A stretch of 64,000 bases of DNA, taken from positions 2,294,001 to 2,358,000 of the forward strand of contig OZ249449.1 in NCBI GenBank assembly GCA_965235115.1, in the 5' to 3' direction. The notes under the pieces were generated by a model that worked only from the letters and a program-made list of their open reading frames with translations, had not been told where the DNA came from and made no database searches. The translations under genes and the position numbers were made by a program. The stretch is from Laetmonice hystrix (Eukaryota). This document shows, piece by piece, positions 23,971-64,000 of the stretch; the first letter of the stretch is position 1, and each line of letters starts with the position of its first letter.

Positions 23971-26789
23971 TGGCTGCCAGGTGATTCATTATAGGAGCTG
24001 GGCCCGGGGAGGGCAAGGTGAGGGGGCAAAGATACCCCCCTCCCCCCCCCCCCACCGTTCACAACTATTAATTTGTGGATAGTAAAAGGGGCGGGGGAGG
24101 ATGAGGGTTTACAATGTTTACTTTCCAGATGGCACACAGTTTGACCAAATTTACAAGTAAATTTCGGGAATCTAACATTCCTTTCCCGCGGACGGACCAT
24201 TTGTAAGATATCCTGAGAAAGCAAGAAGTGAGACTTTGGTATACGCGGAGCATATCGTCATTTATTCATTCTCACACGAGCTGCATGGAGACGTAACGCC
24301 CCCTGGCGGTGAACACAGCGTTCCACCAGAGGGCGCTCCGATCACGTGACAACCACTCATGCACCAGTTCTAGTCTGTACATCCCAGGCGCTTCAATAGA
24401 ACCAAATGCAGCTACGTACATCCATAATAATAGTATCTTTATATAACTTTCGTATCAAAATAGTTTTTACTAATTAGTTAATTCTTGCGGTAAGAGAGAG
24501 ATAGAGATAGAGAGAGAGAATCACGGCGGAATGGAGACTAAACCACGTCCCGTATTTCCCAGAATGCCACTCTGTACGACGCCTAACGTCAACCACGTCA
24601 CCTCAGCTGACTGCCCCTGGTGGACACTATTGGAAACAAAAGGTTTAAAGTCTATGTACAAGAGATCACATTCGTCCCCTGGAACTGCTTCCAACTGCCG
24701 CCACTAGGTGTCGCCACTGAGACCCTTGATGACGTCACTGAGAACACAACGCACATTTCGTTTCATCAATTAACAGATTATTGATACCAGCAATGCTGTA
24801 GTACCGAAAACCACTACACGTGAGCATAATGTACTCTTGCTTTATTCAATGAAGATTTTTTTTCAGTTTTTCGAGCCACAAAAATACTACGTTCACAATT
24901 TGCAGTTCATTACTGCTCACTGGAATGGCCTCCCATGATGCACTGCAAGCTCCAGCACGGGACCACGACGCTCACTGAATTCTCGCACCAGGGGGCGCCA
25001 CTGAATCATCCAAACCCGCACCCACCCTGCGTGTGCAAAGCACCCATGGAAAGATAGCCTCACACTCATAACGGTTGCTATGACAACTGCATTTTAGTCC
25101 TCTTTTGTGGGAGCGTTATGTTTTGTTGTTTTTTTTTTGTTTTTTTTTTGCAGTCAAAGAATAGCATCCCTTGAATTTTAGGCAACAGATGCTGAAAGAA
25201 AATCGCAGTTACTCTAAAAACATTTTCTTCAAAGTGTGTCCTAGTATTCCTCTCCATGAAAGAGCCAAGAAATGGACCTCTTATGAGCACAATAATGCAC
25301 TGTTGCCATGGTTACCCCCCGTCCCCATGGTTACCGGACGTGGTTAAGTAGTGAAAACGTCCCCAGGACCTCGGCAGTTGATCACGTGACGTGTTTCTGT
25401 TGGAACGTACACTTATAACAATGAAATCGGCCTTTTGAAACCAAGGGTATGCGTAAAATTAGAACATGCACTTATAATCCGGCCCTGTTGGCGATCAGAG
25501 AATGTCTCCAACACCGGGACCGACTCACTATGTACAATTACCGGTCAACACTCCTACCAGAGCGCCACCTAGGGACAGGCTCAGCATCTCTGGTCACGTG
25601 ATAAAGGTTGACCTAATTAATAATGTCCAGTTCCTGCACGCGGCCGGTGGTGAGGAACACGGTCTGACATGGTTCCGTACAGACCAACGGTGCAACATTC
25701 CTATTTGACGTCATAAGACCATGACGTCACAGATAAACCGTTATTCCCTGCTTAATGAGTTACAATATTCCTTTTTCATGTACCGTTTTTACTTATGATA
25801 TATACTCGTCCAGTCGGAACGGCAGGCCAGCGTATAGTGCCACCTGGTGGTTAACCTACAAGTAACGTTACCGTGGCAACAAGCAACTGCGTCGGAGACA
25901 TTCTTCCAACAATCTTTGCAATATCACAGCTTAGAAATGACTAGTCTCCTTTCTCTGCCACGAGATGGCGGTGTGCCCTAATGAATCCACAAGCAGCCGA
26001 CAGGGGGCGTTGTATGCAGCTGTTGTGGACAGAAATAATTGCCCTTAGCGTTCACTGTGGAACTCCTGCTGTAGAGGAGTACCATCACTGAACATGTGCC
26101 TGCACATTGAAGTAAACATTCCATCCGATGATAAAATGGTACCACCTCCCACTGCCATTCGTCAACCATGGGCCCAACCCTCGGAGGTCACGTGAACGCT
26201 CTGACGTCAACTGGCATCTCCGTGTCCTCAGGGGTCAGGTCACAATCTAGCAGTGACAATAAACGCCATAAGCCCCCCAAAATATAATAAAACGTAAAAA
26301 CAACACAACATAATAATAATCACTGTTGCCAATAGCAACGTATCCCCCCGGCCCCCAACCTATTTGCCCATGGCACATTCTCTGGCATCTTACAGCACCA
26401 ATATCGTCCAGAGGTCAGACCAGAGGTCAGAAGTACACAGAGATAACTGTCAATAAAAGCTGATATGGTTTGTATGTAACATGGTGACGAGGACAGGACC
26501 CGGTGAAATGTGAAATCTTAAGATCAGCTTAAAGGTTTTGATTGGATGATCTGGTGCAGTAAGCCAATCAGAAGTTTTAAGCTTAAGCTAAAGCACAATC
26601 TTAAGTTTTCATCAACCATGCCCTAGAGGGGTTATACCACACAGCATTGGGTGTTTGGGGTCAGCCTTGTGATGGAGTGATGCGTTTTTATTCTGTCTGT
26701 GAAGTATGACGTCACACAAGGCGTCATCAATTCATCTTTTAAATATTTTGATCGAAGTTTGGTGTACTTCATGGCCCTGCAAAACCTGC

Positions 26790-26932
26790 ACTCGGTTTTT
26801 CAAAAATTCTCAACTTGAGTAAAGCTTACTTAAGTAAAGTAATTGGCTGGCCTAAGCAGACCAGCCAATCCGAAGCCTGTTACTTTACTTAAGTAAGCTT
26901 TACTCAAGTTGAGAATTTTTGAAAAACTAGGT
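26790..26932. mobile_element. MITE family A copy with eroded ends
   Basis: Both arms, termini mutated. Confidence 0.8.
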
Positions 26933-28247
26933 ATTGAGCAACATCTAATGCAATGTGAGTGTACCCTTTGTGTTTGCACTAAAGATGTCAGTCAATACAC
27001 ATCATCATCACACAATGACTCCGCGTTCCAAGGTCACAAGGTCAAACCCCACAACCTCAACCAAGATTACACTGTCTAGATAAGAAGGTATACCCAGGGT
27101 GACCACATAATATTACATTTTCAAATTCCGTACCGTTTTTCTGTTTTCCCTGCTCTATGGTAAGTATTCCCTGTGATCAGACATGGCTGCCAAGCCTGCT
27201 AGTCCGTGTGTTCATTAAATATGGCGGCCAGGCAATCGCATTAAACCTGATCCCATCACATAACCTAACAACTTTCCTCAAGCATTTGCCAATTTTTTTT
27301 CTGGCTGAACATTTTTTCCCCTGTGTTTTGGAGATTTTTTTACAAACCCGCTGCGTTTTGCCTGCGGGGAATTCTTTTCGGTCATTTTCCCTGTGCTGTG
27401 GTCACCCCGATAATTATATAAAGTAACCTTACATAACAATGCCTGGAGTTATGTCAAGGTCACCACCAAGGTCACCACATTGGCCGCCAGGTGGCCGGCC
27501 AGAGAATGACTGCAAACATTTGATTCTGCACTGATTTCAGCGATTTGTTCAAAGGTTACCGAGAAAACCCAATGACCTTGAACTGTTACCTTGACGGTTA
27601 TTGAATATCTGCGCATAGAATTATGGGACATTAACATTAGCACGTGTAGCCAACTCCAATGAAAGACATCTTCTACATTTAACAATGACTAGAGCAACAG
27701 AGGCGACCATAGTCTCCCAAAGTCATCCCACTTGTACGATTATGCTTTGTGCTTATCAAATAGACATTAGGTCTATGAATAATTATTCAATAACATGGTT
27801 AGAGTAAAATTTCAGTTCTAAACCTCACTGTATTTTGTCATCACAAAGAGGAACTAGACACTTGGTTAATAATTTCTTCCAGTTAAAGTCCACAGGGCTC
27901 GCCAAACGCTGCTGGCGCCCTCTCGTGGGGTTGGTGTGTACCAAGAATTATGACCTTGAGATTAACAAATGGTAGTATGACCTTCAGAAGAACAAACAAA
28001 TGGCACACGATAGACACAGTAACGGACAAGCGGCCAAGGAATCCCAGTGACATTCCCTCCCTGTCCTCTCAATATATACTGGACATTTATCAGAGGATGA
28101 AAACGGCACCGTTACCACGACAACGGTAGGGCCGTTACCATGACAACCTTCACGCTATCACATTTATTACTTCAATGCCATGACGACCAGACAGACGGGG
28201 CCGTTTCTGTTCGTATTGATGATAGTACCTGCTCTCGCCAACACCAG

Positions 28248-28403
28248 GGCCCAGTTTGTCAAAAATTCTCAACTTGAGTAAAGCTTACTTAAGTAAACTA
28301 ACAGGCTTCTGATTGATTGGCCTAAGCAGACCAGCCAATCAAAAGCCTGTAAGTTTACTTAAGTAAGCTTTACTCAAGTTGAGAATTTTTGACAAACTGG
28401 GCC
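28248..28403. mobile_element. MITE family A copy
   Basis: 156 bp, near-perfect palindrome; flanks CAG/CTA. Confidence 0.87.
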
Positions 28404-29273
28404 CTATGGCAACAGGAGATGAGAGCGCGGCCATTTTATAACTAGACCAAAGTCACAGTGAAATGAAATATAATGACCAAGTCAATGGGTCACTGCTGCA
28501 GTGATACTGTAGCCAACCATCCTGCTTGACTACCCTGAACATCTACCCCAAAAGGTCATAGGTGCACTCTGCCAAAGGTCTTTGTATGCAGTATCTCCTA
28601 CCCAATGCCCCTGGACGCATAGATGTAACAATTCCACTGGGGAAGAAATATATGTTGATAAACATTTTGACGCGGTTAAGAGTAAGCAGACCTCGAGGTT
28701 ACTTGAGTTAAGTCACACCTTAGAATACTTAAAACGTCACACCTCTCAACCATATCCCTTATTATCACCCACTCCCTACCAAATATATATTAAAATTTCT
28801 TTTTTACAGCAAGATGACTTATATACAGCTGATAAATCTTCTGACCTGGCGAGAACTCGCCCCACCCGCGCCCTCTATCCTCTGCCACTAGGTGTCGCCA
28901 TTTCGTAGTTTATCATACACAGCGCCCCCTAGTGCCAGATCAACTTTAATATTACTTTTACGTGGTTTAAAGCACCTTTTATATTTTTACATATTTTTTT
29001 TTAGCTGAAATGCACAAGAGTGAAAACCAAACATCTGGAGGGGATCTTAACATCAAGCCCCCCCCCCCAGCCCCCCTAGCCCCCCCCCCTGCCCAAGTTT
29101 CACTCCAGGAATGGCCGGCTCACCGCAGCCTACAACGCCCCCTACCATCAGTTTCCTGCATTACCATAACTTAAGACTGTTCTCCCTCAAAGTCCCTGAC
29201 GTCACAATCACCTCGGCGTCTGGCATCACGATGACGTCAGCGTTGGTTCCCTCTGTTGCCATGCCAATGGAGG

Positions 29274-60840
<31,567 letters not shown>

Positions 60841-61346
60841 ATGGTGTTGGGATTAACGTCAAACTGATCGAAGTACGCAAGTGCCTGGAAGCGAGCCCGA
60901 CCCTCCTAGAAGTGCCGAGAAGGTAGAGCCTGCGTTTCTCGGGCGTCGGACGCTAGAACAGCCAGGCTTTGACGCACGCACGCGTCAGGCTGGGAGAGAC
61001 ACGCTGGCGACGGCGACGCTGCACGGCGCTGTCGTGGGAGCACTACAGCAGTACAGCTTGGACGGGTTGCCAGCCTCTGTGTGCCCCAGACCCACCTCCA
61101 GTCTAGACTCAATCTAATTAGGCCTAGCGAATCAGTCTAATTTGTTATAGGCCTAGTTAATTAGTCTATTTAATAGGACTATTTAGAGTCATTCTATAAG
61201 GGCATACGCCTATTAGGCCTACTATCTAATATACTATAGATCTAGCCAGGGGCTGGTCTTAGGCCTAGGTCTGGGCCGGGGGTTTTTTGCGGAGATTGAG
61301 TTGAGGCTGAAGTTGAGTCGAAATAGGCCGATATACTATGCCTAGG

Positions 61347-61750
61347 CTATAGGGGGTTTAAGTCTCGTGACCTGGATATGCAAATGACGTTAAATAGCCT
61401 CAAACCAGCTCCCGGTAGCGCCGAAAGTGCGCCAAGCGATTGTGACGTCAAAAAATTTCCCATAGGATTAACATTGACAGGGCCGACAGGTTCACAAAAA
61501 CCAGCCTGTATATTCACAATCTAACTTTCTAAACTATAAAACAAACTTTATCCTAGAGTAAACATCCCGGTAATCATGTATTGTAACGCTCAACATTAAC
61601 AGCGACTTGGCTGCAGAATGAAAATATTTCAAAGTTGACTGTCACTGTTCCCTATGGCCATCCCAATGTTAAACCAGCGAGGCTATTTGCTCCTTGTCCC
61701 GCTAACGCGAAATCTCTTGAATTCTCGTGACATACTTAAACGCCCTATAG
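61347..61750. mobile_element. ~400-bp MITE in the SIK3-NAT9 intergenic region
   Basis: TIR ctatagggggtttaagt / acttaaacgccctatag. Confidence 0.65.
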
Positions 61751-61831
61751 ACATAGTATAGATCCAGGCCTGCCCTGGCCTAGGCCCTAGCCTACTCGTT
61801 CTGCTAAAGCTCATGATCCGTAGGCCTAGGC

Positions 61832-62077
61832 CAGTGGCGTATCCAGGGGGGTTTCCAAGTATCCCGGACCCCCCCCCCCTCCTTAAAAAATTATATTAAG
61901 GACATTTTGGTAAAAAAAAAAAAAAAGGGGGGGTGTAAAATGCATTATTTTAACCAAAGGAAACTTTCATATTGCATTATGGGATGTTTTTTTTTTTAAT
62001 TTCCCAGGGAACCATGGCCATCTCTGAAGTACCTAAACTTTGGAAACCCCCTTAAAAGATTTCTGGATACACCACTG
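61832..62077. mobile_element. MITE with CAGTGGCGTATCCAG termini
   Basis: TIR cagtggcgtatccag / ctggatacaccactg; no clean TSD. Confidence 0.72.
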
Positions 62078-62352
62078 TAGGCTAAGTGCGTTTCTAAAGG
62101 CTCATTTTGAGCAGTAAATTTCTACTCAAGCTCCACTAAAAAAACAGGCCCAGAAATCGAGACTCGAGCAGGCATAGATCTAGTTCTGATAATGTAAATG
62201 GGATGTATAGACGTCGAGAATTAATGCATATAACGTTAGATCTAATTGTCTATAGCCTAGACCTAGCCAATTTCCCTAGATATTAGGCTAGCCCAATGCA
62301 AGAAGTGTAGGCCAGCTGGCCTACAGCATAGGGGCTATAGTAGGCTAATATA

Positions 62353-62628
62353 CAGTGGCGGATACAGGATTTCAGAAAAGGGGGGCAACTTTTTGGTGAA
62401 TAATCAGTGGCCCATTTTCGGGTGTCGGGGGCCCTCCTCTAGAATATATTTCCGGACGTCAGGGACGTGCTTTCTGAACAATGATGTAGATCTAGAGTGG
62501 AAATTTCTCCCAAATCTGTCAGCGAAATTCCATTATTTTTACGCATGGAACACAGAAAATAAGCGAGACTTTGGAAAATAAGGGGGGGGGCGCGACGGGT
62601 GCCCCCCCCCCTCTTGAATCCGCCACTG
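62353..62628. mobile_element. MITE with CAGTGGCGGAT termini, TA flanks
   Basis: TIR cagtggcggat / atccgccactg; TA on both sides. Confidence 0.72.
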
Positions 62629-63085
62629 TAGGTCTATTAATTATATAGTAGGCTAATGTACTATATCATTGGTCTAACATCATGAATTCACGAGGATGAC
62701 TGTTTCTCGGCTCACTCCATCCGCCGCCGCCGCCAGGGGGCTGGCTGGACCACCCCTGGCCCCCTAGCGGTAGTACAGGCAAAGTCTTTGGTACAGGGTA
62801 ACAGTCCTAGGGCTAATATAATTCGGTGCTGCCATCTAGTGTTGGATAATGTAGGTGTAATTGTCCTTATCCATGTTTGGTGCGGCCCCTAGCACCAACT
62901 TCAAGTTGTTGACGTGGCAAGCGGCCTTATCTTAATTATGATGTCAGGCAGACGACTGGTTTGATGGATGTTTTTACGGTCTCGACTAGCTGGACAAACA
63001 CACGGGTGATGACGGACGACTGAAGATCTCTCCCAGATATCTACTATAAGTCAAGGAAGCGTCTACAACACACCCGACCGCCGAG

Positions 63086-63679
63086 ATGCGTGAGAATAAG
63101 GACACTAGAATCACAGGGAGTAAAGTTGTGTTGGTTCCGTACACGAGAGCGCACGTTGAGCGCTACCACGCCTGGATGCAGAGTGAAGAACTCCGGGAAC
63201 TAACGGCGTCCGAACCTCTGACACTGGAGCAGGAATACGACATGCAGCGTTCGTGGTTTGACGATGATGACAAGTGTACTTTTATTGTCCTCGATCGGGA
63301 GAGATACATTGAGAACGCCGAGAATGACGTGGCGTCCATGGTTGGTGATGTCAATCTATTCTTCAACGTTCCGGACGATCGGAGCACAGCCGAGTTGGAG
63401 ATTATGATTGCGGAGGATTCCGCCAGGGGGCGTGGACTGGGTAAAGAGGCGACTGTTGCTATGATGAAGTATGGTTTTGATCGACTCAGTGTGAAACGAT
63501 TCGTCGTTAAGATCGGCTATAACAACGAGACAAGCATCGGTATGTTCAGGAAGTTAGGATTTCAGGAGTTCTCACGAAGTGACGTTTTTCAGGAGGTTTC
63601 CATGGAGCTGAGAGTGAGCACGGAAACGCTCGTATCTCTGCGACCTCTAGTGGATTGTGTTGACATTAAAGAGAAATGA
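63086..63679 (+). CDS. NAT9: N-acetyltransferase 9-like GNAT protein, 197 aa, intronless CDS
   Basis: KVVLVPY..HVERYHAWMQSEELRELTASEPLTLEQEYDMQRSW..DKCTFIVL..MVGDVNLF..AELEIMIAE..RGRGLG matches the NAT9 family; acetyl-CoA motif RGRGLG present. Confidence 0.93.
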   Translation: MRENKDTRITGSKVVLVPYTRAHVERYHAWMQSEELRELTASEPLTLEQEYDMQRSWFDDDDKCTFIVLDRERYIENAENDVASMVGDVNLFFNVPDDRSTAELEIMIAEDSARGRGLGKEATVAMMKYGFDRLSVKRFVVKIGYNNETSIGMFRKLGFQEFSRSDVFQEVSMELRVSTETLVSLRPLVDCVDIKEK

Positions 63680-64000
63680 AACAGCATAATGTTCATGTGT
63701 CTCTTTCTTCCCAACGTGAACACAGATATTATTAAGTAGACCTATTTTGAATTCAGAATGTGATCAGCGAGGTCTATAGTTTTTATTTTACTGGTTAGGA
63801 GAAAATGGAGAAATACTATAGACACCAGGACCGTAGCCTGCGGGGGGGGGGGGGCAGGGGGGGGGGGGCAGCTGCCCCCCCCCCCTGGGATTTCCATTTT
63901 TTTTTGTATTTTTTTTTAACCCACACCCCGGGCCAGCTCGACCGGCGCAATGGCGCGCTATCACTTGGCAGGCCTACTGCCCCCCCCCCCCCCTCGCATT

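Overview
Eukaryotic genomic DNA from a bilaterian invertebrate (lophotrochozoan-like; taxon inferred, not proven), rich in introns and repeats. Four genes were reconstructed by hand. (1) A PNT/SAM-only protein closely resembling Drosophila Mae/Edl (+, 9957-10246), preceded by four ETS sites spaced exactly 20 bp apart. (2) A JHY (C11orf63-like) ciliary gene (+, ~13.7-19.4 kb). (3) A complete 14-exon SIK3/QSK AMPK-family kinase (-, 60780 to 29274, ~1271 aa) that ends in a KA1-like domain. (4) An intronless NAT9 GNAT acetyltransferase (+, 63086-63679), head-to-head with SIK3. Non-coding DNA holds about 24 copies or fragments of a 156-bp palindromic MITE with GGCCC ends and CWG-like flanks, several other MITE families and about 15 tandem arrays. 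The most notable observations are the candidate Mae/ETS feedback module, the KA1-bearing SIK3, and four splice acceptors that have been duplicated or amplified upstream of their exon. No CRISPR, rRNA or tRNA genes were seen. Repeat boundaries are approximate (a few bp for MITEs, tens of bp for tandem arrays).
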